IMG/VR virus record: IMGVR_UViG_3300037961_005428
Coordinates: 32,500 to 96,499 of that record
Source of the DNA: a virus
Length of the DNA stretch: 64,000 bases
Reading direction: 5' to 3' (one strand)
The translations under genes were made by a program, and so were the position numbers. The notes below the pieces were generated by a model, which worked only from the letters and a program-made list of their open reading frames with translations, was not told the origin of the DNA and made no database searches. Every line of letters begins with the position of its first letter. Position 1 is the first letter of the stretch. Positions 25,120-35,312 of this stretch are shown in pieces.

Positions 25120-26849
25120 TGGCAGAAGAAAAAGGTAGAGTTTCAAGAGCCCTTAGCGGGCTGGCCGACCGTTTCCGTCGCCGACGCACCCCCGAACCAC
25201 AGATGCCTTTGTGGACCACGGGTATTCAAGAGCCCGTCATTATGCAGGGTATTACCATCCCTGCTCTCTATTCCGTGGCTCACGAGAATGTCATTTTGAG
25301 AACCGTTATCACTACGCTCCAGCAGGAGATTTTCCGACGAGGCTACTACTGGGAGAAGGCGTATCACCGAAAGTGCATGGTCTGCGATAAAGAGTACCAG
25401 CATGATGTGGAGATATGCACGCAGTGCGATTCTACTGAACTGGAAAAGCCCGACCCCGACAATCTCGTCTACCCCAAGTGGCTGATTGAACAGCGCAACA
25501 GCATGGAGCAGCGCTTCATTGATGTGCTGCGTGAGATTGAATTTGATTTGAATATTGTGGATGATGCGTTCATGATTTTGGTCAAGGAGTATTATGTGGA
25601 CCCGGAGTCCAATGAGATTCAATTCTACCGTATCAAAGAGATTTTGCGAGGCGACCCGATTTTCATGCGCATTGTTGCTGACAAGCGTGGCGTGCGTGGT
25701 GGTCGCTACAAAGTCTGCCCCATCCATCGTGACCAAGTTCGTGGCTACACGCAGAAGGAAAACAACTGTGAAGTCTGTGGGCACGAATTGGAGGATGTTC
25801 ACCATGTCAACACGGCAGGTGCAGGAAAGTCCCAATACTACATTGAGGGTGAAGTTATTCATGTCAGCAAGTATCATCCGTCTAAACTCTACGGTCGCTC
25901 GCCCGTGGCCACCATTTGGCGACAAGCCATGACGCTCACGGCCATGGACAATTATATGTACACAGCCTACTCAAAGCGTCGTGTCCCTCGTGGTTTGATT
26001 TCAATCACGACGGACAATGTAGAGTCCATGAAGTCTTTTTGGAAAGGCGTGGACGAAAAGTTGGAGCGTGACCCTCACTACATTCCTAAAATCGCTGTTG
26101 AAAGTCAGCAGGGTCGTGGCGGTGTGAATTGGGTCAAGTTCATGGACACGCTGGAAGAGATGCAATATATTTCAGTCCGTGATGAAATGCGAACCCGCAT
26201 CGCTGCATTCTATGGTGTCTCCAATGTGTTCATGATGGACACAGGTAAGTCCGGTGGCCTCAACAACGAAGGTCTGCAAATCCTCGTAACCAATCGTGCC
26301 GTGGAAGCGGGGCACAAAGTCTACACTGAGAATCTGTTCCCTCGTTTGATGGAAGAGATGGATGTCCGTGACTGGAAACTTACGCTGTACCCCAACGAAG
26401 AAGAGGACGAAGTCACTCGCCTGCGACGAGACGAGATGGAGGTCAACATCGCCCAGCGCATGGCTCAACTTGGCTATCAAGCCGAACTGGTTGAAGAAGG
26501 CGGACGAGACATTCGCTTCATCTACAAGAAACAGGACATGCCTCCGGGCCAGCCCGGTATGCCCGGTATGCCCGGTATGCCCGGCGGCCCTCAGCCCATG
26601 GCGCAACCGGGTGGTTTGCCGACTCGCAACATTCCTCCGCAATTGGCGGGTAGTCTTGCGGGCGCTGCCAGTGCAGGTATGGCGGCTATGAACCCCGGTG
26701 GCGAAGGTAGAGGCTTGCGAAACCGTGGTCCTGCGGCACCTCAGCGATTCCAAACAGCCGGCTCCGGCTCACCAATTGGCAGTGTTCAGCAGCGCGGTCC
26801 CCCAGCGGGGCCAGTAGAACAAGCACGCCGGAATACGGGCGGTTTTTGA
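25119..26849 (+). CDS. Portal protein with zinc-ribbon insertions
   Basis: EVIH...LYGRSP, RIAAFYGV portal motifs; position after TerL; CMVC/CTQC and CPIH/CEVC. Confidence 0.9.
   Translation: MAEEKGRVSRALSGLADRFRRRRTPEPQMPLWTTGIQEPVIMQGITIPALYSVAHENVILRTVITTLQQEIFRRGYYWEKAYHRKCMVCDKEYQHDVEICTQCDSTELEKPDPDNLVYPKWLIEQRNSMEQRFIDVLREIEFDLNIVDDAFMILVKEYYVDPESNEIQFYRIKEILRGDPIFMRIVADKRGVRGGRYKVCPIHRDQVRGYTQKENNCEVCGHELEDVHHVNTAGAGKSQYYIEGEVIHVSKYHPSKLYGRSPVATIWRQAMTLTAMDNYMYTAYSKRRVPRGLISITTDNVESMKSFWKGVDEKLERDPHYIPKIAVESQQGRGGVNWVKFMDTLEEMQYISVRDEMRTRIAAFYGVSNVFMMDTGKSGGLNNEGLQILVTNRAVEAGHKVYTENLFPRLMEEMDVRDWKLTLYPNEEEDEVTRLRRDEMEVNIAQRMAQLGYQAELVEEGGRDIRFIYKKQDMPPGQPGMPGMPGMPGGPQPMAQPGGLPTRNIPPQLAGSLAGAASAGMAAMNPGGEGRGLRNRGPAAPQRFQTAGSGSPIGSVQQRGPPAGPVEQARRNTGGF
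26552..26584 (+). repeat. 9-bp tandem repeat (gcccggtat)x3+, encoding PGM repeats
   Basis: Read directly in the portal C-terminus. Confidence 0.9.
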
Positions 26850-26879
26850 AGCAAACTTAAAGACAAAGGTGGTAGTGGG

Positions 26880-27227
26880 ATGAACATGGACCTCTTGAAA
26901 CTGGACCCTATGGCACGCAAAATGCGCAGTCATGTTGATGCTTTTTACAAGGCATTGGAAAACAACGACCAAAACAGCGCGATTGACCACATCAATGAGG
27001 TTCGCAAGTTCGCCGAATATCTCTCCGAGGATGTTTCTTCGGCCATCACGAAGTCGGCTACGCCTTCTTCGGTTGGCGTCAACGACATCTACGCAGGTGG
27101 CGTGCCTGTGCGCAAGTTCAATGAAATGCAAAGTGTACATGCAACCACTGACCGTGTGTTGCCCGGCACCATCCGCACTTCACGCCGTGGCCCAATCATG
27201 AGCCAGCGTAACAACCGAACACTTTGA
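26880..27227 (+). CDS. Hypothetical head-region protein
   Basis: ORF after a TTAAA box; AITK|S site. Confidence 0.7.
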   Translation: MNMDLLKLDPMARKMRSHVDAFYKALENNDQNSAIDHINEVRKFAEYLSEDVSSAITKSATPSSVGVNDIYAGGVPVRKFNEMQSVHATTDRVLPGTIRTSRRGPIMSQRNNRTL

Positions 27228-27228
27228 G

Positions 27229-27612
27229 GTGAACAACTTGACTGACGACAATGAGGGGACCGTCGCAGAACAGTTGATGAACGCCTTGATTTCCAAAATG
27301 GAAGTTATGGATAGCAACCTGCAAGTGCTAAAAGCCGAGAATGAAGTTCTCAAAGGACTGGTCGGCGACCCAGCAGCCTTGCTAAAGAAAGCCGGCTTCG
27401 TGTCCCGCAAGACGGTGGCACCTGTGGATGTCATGCCCGACATTTTCCGTGGCGATTCTCACTTTGATATTTTGAAGAACGACAACGGTAGTGGAATTGA
27501 AATCCCCACCTCCAACCAAGAGTTCCATGAAATGGACTGGGACGATATTCACCAACTTGCCGCCGAGGCCAAGAGTGCAGGAGCCCTCGGCAACCAAACA
27601 GGAATTGAGTGA
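27229..27612 (+). CDS. Coiled-coil head-region protein
   Basis: C-terminus (IPTSNQEFHEMDWDDIHQLA) resembles the scaffold C-terminus. Confidence 0.7.
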   Translation: MNNLTDDNEGTVAEQLMNALISKMEVMDSNLQVLKAENEVLKGLVGDPAALLKKAGFVSRKTVAPVDVMPDIFRGDSHFDILKNDNGSGIEIPTSNQEFHEMDWDDIHQLAAEAKSAGALGNQTGIE

Positions 27613-27616
27613 TACC

Positions 27617-28039
27617 ATGAAGCCACGATTTGAACCACGGGACCCGGAGTTTGACCAACTGTTGAAGGAAGCCATTGAGTTGGAACAGCGTTTGCTCAAG
27701 GAGCAGGGTGTTGAGTTCACTCAAAAAGAAGGCACCGACCTCGGTGATGTTCAGTTCCATGTGCAAGTCGGTGGCGAAACCGGTGTGCAGAACCAATACT
27801 ACAGCACTAACCAGCGCACCATCAGCGTAGAGGACATTGCCAACAAAGGAGCCATCTCCGAGAAGTCAAATGTTCTTGACAAAAACCCCCACTACCCTAC
27901 GGCTCTTTCCACTTTGGACGCTCACTTCCTTGACGGCGGCTCGCAAAAAGTGCAGAAGAGCCTCGTCGGCGCTGATGAGCACAAGTTTGCTGTGAGCGAA
28001 CTTCGCAAAGCGGTGCAGAAACTCCGAAGCCGCCTTTGA
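27617..28039 (+). CDS. Hypothetical head-region protein
   Basis: Start moved to MKPRF; LLK|E and VQK|S sites. Confidence 0.7.
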   Translation: MKPRFEPRDPEFDQLLKEAIELEQRLLKEQGVEFTQKEGTDLGDVQFHVQVGGETGVQNQYYSTNQRTISVEDIANKGAISEKSNVLDKNPHYPTALSTLDAHFLDGGSQKVQKSLVGADEHKFAVSELRKAVQKLRSRL

Positions 28040-28052
28040 AGGCGGTGATGGT

Positions 28053-31000
28053 GTGTCGGACGACATCCTTCTCAAAGACGAGTTTGATGTGGCTGACCAA
28101 GTCACGAGTGCTCAAACTCCTTCCCCCAACTTAGAACCTGTAGTCACCGGGCGAGAAGGTGAATACCCTGCACCGGATTTTGAAATCAGTGCAGGGACGC
28201 AAATACCCGAAACACTGGCCCCCGCGCACCCTCATGCTGAACGCATGACCGGGATTATGGACTTCTCCGAAATACCGGGTCGCTGGACATATGAAGGAGC
28301 CAACGAGCCATCCTTTGCACAACAGTATTCCGATGCTGGTCATTTTCCCGACACTTCTGCTCTCCATCCCGAGTTCAACCCACTGTGGTCCGGCCACCAC
28401 CCCGAATTGGAAATTGCTCCTTTGTTTATCCGCAAGGTCCGTTCGTTTTACGAATCCGGGCAGTCGGCAATTGATGCACAAAAAGAAATGAATTGGGTTC
28501 TGCATCACATGACCTCCGGCAGTGGTGGCCAGCGCAATCCGATTCTCAACGCTACTGCTATGGGTGCTTTGGGCAGTGAGCATACCTCTCATGCACTATA
28601 CGAGAACAATTACAATGATTGGTTGGACACCCCTATCTATGCAGACGGTGGTACCGAGCGAGATGAAATGCAATACTACCTTGATAATGGCGCTTCACAA
28701 GAGGTAGTTGATGCGGTGTTTAGAAAGAAACACCTCGTGGAGTACGAGAAAAAATGGCAACACGACCCCGAGTGGAAGTTGGGTGAGAAGGACTACTACC
28801 ACGGCATGGAGTGGCTGAATCATGCCGAGCGAGAAGAAGCCTACAAGCACATGTACACCAAAGGTACAGACTCAATTTCTCATCAAAGCATACCTTCTCT
28901 TGACCAAAAATTTTCTGTACCTCGTGCTAAATACAGCAGGGCTCAGCGTGAATCTCCTGTGCACAAGCACTTCACAAGAGAGCCCATGAATACAGGTGAG
29001 CCCATTCAATCACCTATACTCAAAGACCCCTCGGTCACCGACAGTCGCCGCTTTATCTTTGAGCGCCTTTCCGGTAAGCGGGGTGAAGGATTTTATCAAG
29101 GGCTCATGAACCACCACACTTATCACACTGCAATTGAGCGTCAGCGGCGTAGCGAGTACAAAACGGCAAAGGAACCAAAGTACGGCTATCAGTTGAATAT
29201 CAATCGGGACACAAGAGAAGTTTCAATGAAGCCGATTTCATCAAAGCACTTTGAGCCCAATAAAGAGGGCAAACTTACACCTCGGGGTTTGGGTCGGAAA
29301 GAATTGATGCTTATGGCGGGTGTAGAGTACGACAAAGAAAGAGACGAGTACAAATTTTACCCGGAAGGTCAACATCCATTTTACAGCAGTTGGAACCCCA
29401 AGGCCAGCAATGTCACTTGGACAGAAGGCCAAATCAAAGACTTCTTTACCGTCATGGATGAGGAGCGCAACGCTTTCAAAATGCAGAATGATGTAGCAAA
29501 TGCTCTCCAATTTCATGTCAACCATGCGGTTGCTACAGAAGGTACTGGTGCTCATCCCGAGATGTACACAGGCGGTGACCATAGTACACTCTCGTCGTGG
29601 TGGAGTTTGCACGGTATTGGTGGTCACGGTTCAACTTACAGCAAAAAGCGTGATATGACCCATAGTGCGTTTGAGTTCCCTAATGGTACAACCATTCACA
29701 CACAGGGTCCTGTACCTTTGAACCCCGAGTTCATTGAAGCCGAGGAAGAATCCTTTGAAGAAAAAATTGCCCGCAAGAAAAGGGAAGCGAAGGAAGCGGT
29801 AAAGGAAGGCCCGAGAGGCACCCCCACCACTGTTCTACCCCTTGAGTTTCAATCATCCGACAATGTTGAAGAGCAAAGAGAGGCAGTTAACCTTTCACAA
29901 AGAGGCGAAGGCGGGGCAGTCGTTGCACGAGAAGGAGCCGAGGGACTGGCTGCGCCGTTCGGTGAGCCCCAAGTCAACGCTATGCTGTCAGACGGCACCT
30001 ACATCGTAGCCGACCCGACCAACATCAAAGTCGGTATGCTTCCTCATTCTGTTGCACCAAGGCGACGATTTGGCGGTAACGCTCACGCTGCCCGTAACAG
30101 CAACACTTGGGCATCCTCTTATCACAATAAGCAGTTCTTAATTCAACATGACATGCTCGCTACTGACGCCACCGAACAAGGGCAAGCAGCGGCACGAAAG
30201 CACAAGGCGAAGCATTTGTTTGGGGAACACAACTCGCTGGTCAACTTAAACAACAAATTTCGTCGCCAAAACAACACAGATACTGACCGCTATGCAGCGA
30301 AGTATCATCATCTCATTCCAAGCATCATGGGCTTCGTTGCTCCCTCGGCCAATCCTCAGTCGGGCATCCATCATGCTCGTAATATGCCCGAAAACGCTCA
30401 CTACACAACGGCAACTGCTGCTGACTTTCAACGGATTTTAGTTTCCCCCACAGCGCAAGAAAAGGTCTTGCGAGAAGAGGGAGGTAATTTGCCTATACGA
30501 GCGGGCATGCCAGTTCCAAAAGAAGTGAGGGAAGTTGAAGAAAGACTTGAAGAGGCCCAAAACAAGTTTAGGCGATTGCATGAACTTTACGACCAATCTG
30601 CGAAAAGTTCCAAAGTGTCGGAAGAAGAGAAAGAGAGAATGATGGCGAGCATCAAATCCGAGATGCTAACACAAGAGGCACTGATAGACCAATTGAAAGA
30701 CGAGCGAGATGAAGTTGCTGAGGAAAAGTTCCCGCAGGACAACTATCATCGCCAGCAAATCAACCTGTTAGAGCAAGAGTTAGACCATGCTCACGCTGAC
30801 TACCTTGATGCAAAGGAAGAATTGGATGAACTGCTTGAATACAAAGAAGAGCGTAATGACAACAGTGCACACCTCCAAGAAAAAATTGATGCCAGCGCAG
30901 AAAAGGTTTCACAACACTACGGACTTATCAAAGAGTTGGAAGAACAGTTGGACCAACACTTCGTGAGTCCAAAAACAGAGGCGGCACGCAATAAAGAATT

Positions 31001-33884
31001 TGATAATTTGAAGCGCGTTCTCGCAAACCACTCAAATGTTATCGCTCAATACGGTGCTACGGCTATTGCTCAAGCGGCTGCTGAACAAGGATTTGACCTT
31101 GTTGCTGAGATGGGTCCCGATGTAGCAGCCGCTTTCAAAATGCGTCACGGCAACACTTACCTCAACACCGTACCTCACAGTGTCCACGGTGCGAAAGCAC
31201 TCCACCCTGCCGAAGTAGAGGTGGTAGAAAATACGGGTGAAGTTGGCTTGGACCTTGCTCGGCTTGGACTCAATATCCGGCACCTTGCCCCACAGTTGCA
31301 CGGAAAACCACTTTCGTTAGAAAGTCCACCCGAAGAGTGGCTTGAGGCTTTGGGCATGCAGGCTTCCGAATATGACCTTGAAGGTAACAAGACAGCCGGT
31401 AAGACCAACATTGCGAGGGACGAAGCAGTTGCCAAATTGCGAGCAGTTCATAAAGAACTCCAAGGACGATTTCCCGACATTGATGCCTTTCATGTTTTGC
31501 CAGTAACTCATTTACTGCAATCTGTCGGCGGTATGAAAGGCCTTGACTTACGCGGATTTGGTGATTTGCATTCGCACATCAAGGATGAATTGTCCTACTA
31601 CATTGATGAAAACGGTGACAAGCAGCCCAAATTCGCACCAATGAATCGCACTGCCCCTCCACATCAAGTCCGCCTAACCAACGATGCCCACGACAAACCG
31701 GAACAAGTAAGTGAAGACGACCGAGCCTATGCGCGGCATCAGCGCCGCTACAAAATTAACAGGGCACTTGAACGATTGGTCAATTTGACACTGGGTGCGC
31801 AGCGTGAGCATGCCGCTGAAAACGGTATTCTTCTTGCAGAAGGTGATTTTTTAGGTCGGCACCGCATCAAAAAACCGCGAGGTGGTTCTAAAGCCGAGGT
31901 ACGAAGGAAAAGAAACGATGCGGCTGCGGAGCGTAAGTTGGACCTCCTTGATTCGTTTTTCATTGTGCCAAAAGGCTACGAGCCAAAGCACAAGCCTACT
32001 CGTAAAGCCACAAAATTGGACTTTGTTGAAAAGGAAATAGGTGGACCAGCAGGTAGTCATGAGAACGACGGGGTCATGTCGCTGTATGACAGTCCTGCCT
32101 ATTGCATGAATTACGGAACTGTTCACGATGTACCATTTGGTTGTCATATTGACGAAAAAACTGGGGCAATCCGCATTTACCGGCGTAAAGAGTCAAAGAA
32201 AGAATCGCTGGTAACACCACTTTTAGAACATGTTCATGCGCTGGTCCCACAACACCGTGAATACTTCGGGGACCACCGTAATGAAGTTCCGTTGGAAGCA
32301 CAACCTCGTGCCTTGCGAAGAAACAAATTGGGACGAAGCCATAATGAGGAAGTAAGTGCTCCCGCTAACAAGATGGATGGTCCTTCGCTCTTGGCTTCGC
32401 TCACAAATCCGGATTATATTCGCAAGGATATGCCGGACGGTGTACCGTCGCTGCAAGCCATGCACCGCATTTTTGAACTGGATGACATGGAGCATTTGAA
32501 AGGCTTCACGGGCGACTGGGTTGTCAGCGATTTCCCCGAAGGCCCCCGCTTCTTTGTCACCAAGAAGGACGGCGACATTGAATCCAAAGCAGACCTGTCG
32601 GATGAAGAAAAGGCTGCGTTCAAGAAAGTCAGCGACAAAGACTTCGTGATTGACGCTATTCGTGGCAAGGATGTCATTCACATTTTTGACATATTGGAGT
32701 TTGACGGCAATGACACTTACGACATACCCATCCAAGAGCGCATCAAAATCCTGCGAGGGGCGCTTGAAAGCGTGGAGATGGTTCACACGCCCAGTGCATC
32801 CGACACGAAACTCACCGACGACGCTGGCTTGGCGTCGGCTGTCAAGAACTTGGAAGGTCCACGCATTTTGATGCGGGACGCTAAGTCTGCTTACATGAAG
32901 GGCGAACCACGCCACCCGAAGTGGGTGATGCTCCAGCCCGGTTCGGAGATTGTGCTGATGGTTCTTGACCGTCGTGGTGAGGGGCCGTATCAGTATCGCC
33001 TTGGCACTGGACCGATTGCTCACGGTGAAGACTTGGGCGACCGCCGTGTCAAGCATGAAGGTGACGACTACATGGATGTGGGCGCATCGTTCCAAAGCAA
33101 AGACAAGTATGATGTTGGGGACTTGGTCCGTGTGGATGTCACCAATGTAACGGAGACTGAGGCTTCGGAGAAGCAGAAGGTCTACACTGTACACGCCCCG
33201 AAAATTGAAGGCGAGGCTGAGGGTGAAGGACTGGTTAGTTCCGAATCCTTGTCCATGCTGGCGAAGGGTGAGTTGTACCATCATCCTGTAGAAGTGTTCC
33301 GAAAAGGCAGGTATGTGCAAATTAAAATTGGCGACAGTGCGGTCGTCTACAAAGCGACAGTGCGAGACGACGAGTGGTCGGTGCACACACCCGAGGCTGA
33401 CAACCCGTATGTGCTTCGCCTTAGCGAAAATCAGCGACCGTTTTGGTCCCCAGTCGTTGGTGTGCTTCTCAAGGGCGAGTTGGAGATTGAGGAAAAGGCC
33501 GAAGTCAAAGAATCTACAGAACCAGCCGAACCACTCACCAAACCTCACAAAGTAGAGGGCACAGAATGGAAACGCAAAAAGCGACATATCCTCAACAAGA
33601 GCCTGTTGCTGCTGGAGCGACTGTTGGAAAAGAGCAGTGTAGGTGCTGTGGGCGACTATCATAGCGGTGCCAAAGGTTTGGGTTTTGATTACGGTACACC
33701 TATAGAATCACCCAGTGGTCCCACGAACCTCAACGATGCTAAGACCATGCCCGACTACGATGTCCGTGACATTGAGCGAGACAACAAAGAGCGAGCCGAG
33801 GATAAGAAAAAGTTGCCTAAAAGCGATGCACTGCAAGGCGATTTGGAACTTACGGACGAAAAAGCCGTCATCCATACTGATTAA
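28053..33884 (+). CDS. 1943-aa protein with coiled coil and a C-terminal degenerate ATP-dependent ligase-like (NTase plus OB) region
   Basis: FVIDA, IFDIL, ERIKIL, AYMKGEPRHPKW motifs at about 32430-33270. Confidence 0.8.
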   Translation: MSDDILLKDEFDVADQVTSAQTPSPNLEPVVTGREGEYPAPDFEISAGTQIPETLAPAHPHAERMTGIMDFSEIPGRWTYEGANEPSFAQQYSDAGHFPDTSALHPEFNPLWSGHHPELEIAPLFIRKVRSFYESGQSAIDAQKEMNWVLHHMTSGSGGQRNPILNATAMGALGSEHTSHALYENNYNDWLDTPIYADGGTERDEMQYYLDNGASQEVVDAVFRKKHLVEYEKKWQHDPEWKLGEKDYYHGMEWLNHAEREEAYKHMYTKGTDSISHQSIPSLDQKFSVPRAKYSRAQRESPVHKHFTREPMNTGEPIQSPILKDPSVTDSRRFIFERLSGKRGEGFYQGLMNHHTYHTAIERQRRSEYKTAKEPKYGYQLNINRDTREVSMKPISSKHFEPNKEGKLTPRGLGRKELMLMAGVEYDKERDEYKFYPEGQHPFYSSWNPKASNVTWTEGQIKDFFTVMDEERNAFKMQNDVANALQFHVNHAVATEGTGAHPEMYTGGDHSTLSSWWSLHGIGGHGSTYSKKRDMTHSAFEFPNGTTIHTQGPVPLNPEFIEAEEESFEEKIARKKREAKEAVKEGPRGTPTTVLPLEFQSSDNVEEQREAVNLSQRGEGGAVVAREGAEGLAAPFGEPQVNAMLSDGTYIVADPTNIKVGMLPHSVAPRRRFGGNAHAARNSNTWASSYHNKQFLIQHDMLATDATEQGQAAARKHKAKHLFGEHNSLVNLNNKFRRQNNTDTDRYAAKYHHLIPSIMGFVAPSANPQSGIHHARNMPENAHYTTATAADFQRILVSPTAQEKVLREEGGNLPIRAGMPVPKEVREVEERLEEAQNKFRRLHELYDQSAKSSKVSEEEKERMMASIKSEMLTQEALIDQLKDERDEVAEEKFPQDNYHRQQINLLEQELDHAHADYLDAKEELDELLEYKEERNDNSAHLQEKIDASAEKVSQHYGLIKELEEQLDQHFVSPKTEAARNKEFDNLKRVLANHSNVIAQYGATAIAQAAAEQGFDLVAEMGPDVAAAFKMRHGNTYLNTVPHSVHGAKALHPAEVEVVENTGEVGLDLARLGLNIRHLAPQLHGKPLSLESPPEEWLEALGMQASEYDLEGNKTAGKTNIARDEAVAKLRAVHKELQGRFPDIDAFHVLPVTHLLQSVGGMKGLDLRGFGDLHSHIKDELSYYIDENGDKQPKFAPMNRTAPPHQVRLTNDAHDKPEQVSEDDRAYARHQRRYKINRALERLVNLTLGAQREHAAENGILLAEGDFLGRHRIKKPRGGSKAEVRRKRNDAAAERKLDLLDSFFIVPKGYEPKHKPTRKATKLDFVEKEIGGPAGSHENDGVMSLYDSPAYCMNYGTVHDVPFGCHIDEKTGAIRIYRRKESKKESLVTPLLEHVHALVPQHREYFGDHRNEVPLEAQPRALRRNKLGRSHNEEVSAPANKMDGPSLLASLTNPDYIRKDMPDGVPSLQAMHRIFELDDMEHLKGFTGDWVVSDFPEGPRFFVTKKDGDIESKADLSDEEKAAFKKVSDKDFVIDAIRGKDVIHIFDILEFDGNDTYDIPIQERIKILRGALESVEMVHTPSASDTKLTDDAGLASAVKNLEGPRILMRDAKSAYMKGEPRHPKWVMLQPGSEIVLMVLDRRGEGPYQYRLGTGPIAHGEDLGDRRVKHEGDDYMDVGASFQSKDKYDVGDLVRVDVTNVTETEASEKQKVYTVHAPKIEGEAEGEGLVSSESLSMLAKGELYHHPVEVFRKGRYVQIKIGDSAVVYKATVRDDEWSVHTPEADNPYVLRLSENQRPFWSPVVGVLLKGELEIEEKAEVKESTEPAEPLTKPHKVEGTEWKRKKRHILNKSLLLLERLLEKSSVGAVGDYHSGAKGLGFDYGTPIESPSGPTNLNDAKTMPDYDVRDIERDNKERAEDKKKLPKSDALQGDLELTDEKAVIHTD

Positions 33885-33911
33885 ATACCATGACAAGTGT
33901 ATTCGCCAGCA

Positions 33912-35294
33912 ATGATGGCCACCGCTCTCCGGACCTCCCCGTTCTCACAGACGGGCAGTATTTCGGTTCTCAAGAGCAGCGGTGACCTTGTTGTTGCAGG
34001 CTATGCCTCCGTTGAAATGGTGGACAAGCAAGGGGATTTGATTACCCGAGATGCACTCAAGAATGCTTTTGACGGCTTCATGAAGTCCCAAGAGTTCCGC
34101 AATGTCCAGTTGGCTCACTCCAACATTCAAGTCGGTAGCGTCATTGACGCTTACACTGACAGCAGTGGCCGAGTTTGGAAGTCCGGTGTTGATGATGCCG
34201 GCCTCTTTGTCGTCATCAAGGTGCGTGACGACATTGAGAAGGCCCGAGAAGTGGCCAATGAAATTCGCAAAGGGTCCCTTCGTGGATTCAGTATTGGAGG
34301 ACAGGCTTTCAAGCGTGTCAACAAATCCGACAGCCAGCATGGCGACTACACGGAAATCTCCAAACTGGAACTGCATGAAGTTACCATTTGTGAAAAGGGT
34401 ATCAACCCCGAAGCGACCTTCCGCATATTGAAGGAGGACACCACAATGACCAACGAAAACGAAGCAATGAGCGAACTCTCGTCAGTTCTTGACCGAATTA
34501 ACCTGCGACTGGATGCCATGGAAAAAGGCGAGGGTGAAATGCCCCAAGGTTTGAAGGAACACATGAAGGACAAGAGAGACGACGACAAACCCGAAGACAA
34601 AAAAACCGAAGACAAAGGTGAGGAAATGGCAGATGACGAAGACAAAAAAGAAGGCATGTATGCCAAGAGCGAATACAGTGATGTAATCACAGAAGACTAC
34701 CTCCACTGGATGGAAAACACCCTCAAGTCCGCTGGCGTGGACACCGATGGTGCTCGTGCACACTTTGACCAACTCTCCAAGGCCAACCTTGGTTCGGACC
34801 TCGGTGCCACTGATGGCGCTGAATACTTTGCCGGCCAAGTGAAGGGACGAGCCCAAGAAAACGGCTCACCTTCCACCAACGCTATCGGCAAACTCAACAG
34901 CGGCTCCGGCGGCTCAGTTGCTAAGGGATTCTTGTCCCCGAGTGATTTGACCCCAGCACAAGTTGAGGAAGCCTACGCTGCTTACAAGGCTGCTTCCGTT
35001 GAGAAGCAACTTAAGAGCAGCCTCGGCGCTGTGTTCGCTGACCGTCTTGCCAAGGAACAAACGGCTGAGGTTGAATCCCGCCGTGCTTCCGAGTTTGACG
35101 CTCGTGGCCCCCTCGCCTCCATTGAAAAGGCAGTCGCCGCTCTCAGTGAGCGCATTGACGGCCTCGCCACTGGAGAAGGTACGACCCTCCGCAAGTCGGA
35201 GGCCGCACCATCCATCACTGTCCCTTCCACCGAAGACATGGCAAACATGTCGTGGGATGAAGTCCACGCTTTGGCCGGGAGAGCATTTAACTGA
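33912..35294 (+). CDS. HK97-family prohead protease fused to scaffold
   Basis: VAGYAS..VDKQGDLI, LAH, GFSIGG, LHEVTI..GINPEA; acidic/coiled C-terminal half; TTAAATA box upstream. Confidence 0.92.
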   Translation: MMATALRTSPFSQTGSISVLKSSGDLVVAGYASVEMVDKQGDLITRDALKNAFDGFMKSQEFRNVQLAHSNIQVGSVIDAYTDSSGRVWKSGVDDAGLFVVIKVRDDIEKAREVANEIRKGSLRGFSIGGQAFKRVNKSDSQHGDYTEISKLELHEVTICEKGINPEATFRILKEDTTMTNENEAMSELSSVLDRINLRLDAMEKGEGEMPQGLKEHMKDKRDDDKPEDKKTEDKGEEMADDEDKKEGMYAKSEYSDVITEDYLHWMENTLKSAGVDTDGARAHFDQLSKANLGSDLGATDGAEYFAGQVKGRAQENGSPSTNAIGKLNSGSGGSVAKGFLSPSDLTPAQVEEAYAAYKAASVEKQLKSSLGAVFADRLAKEQTAEVESRRASEFDARGPLASIEKAVAALSERIDGLATGEGTTLRKSEAAPSITVPSTEDMANMSWDEVHALAGRAFN

Positions 35295-35312
35295 AACAGG
35301 AGATGATGAAAA

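Noticed and set aside
28053-33884. Functional replicative DNA ligase
   Set aside because: Catalytic lysines of motifs I and V appear to be missing
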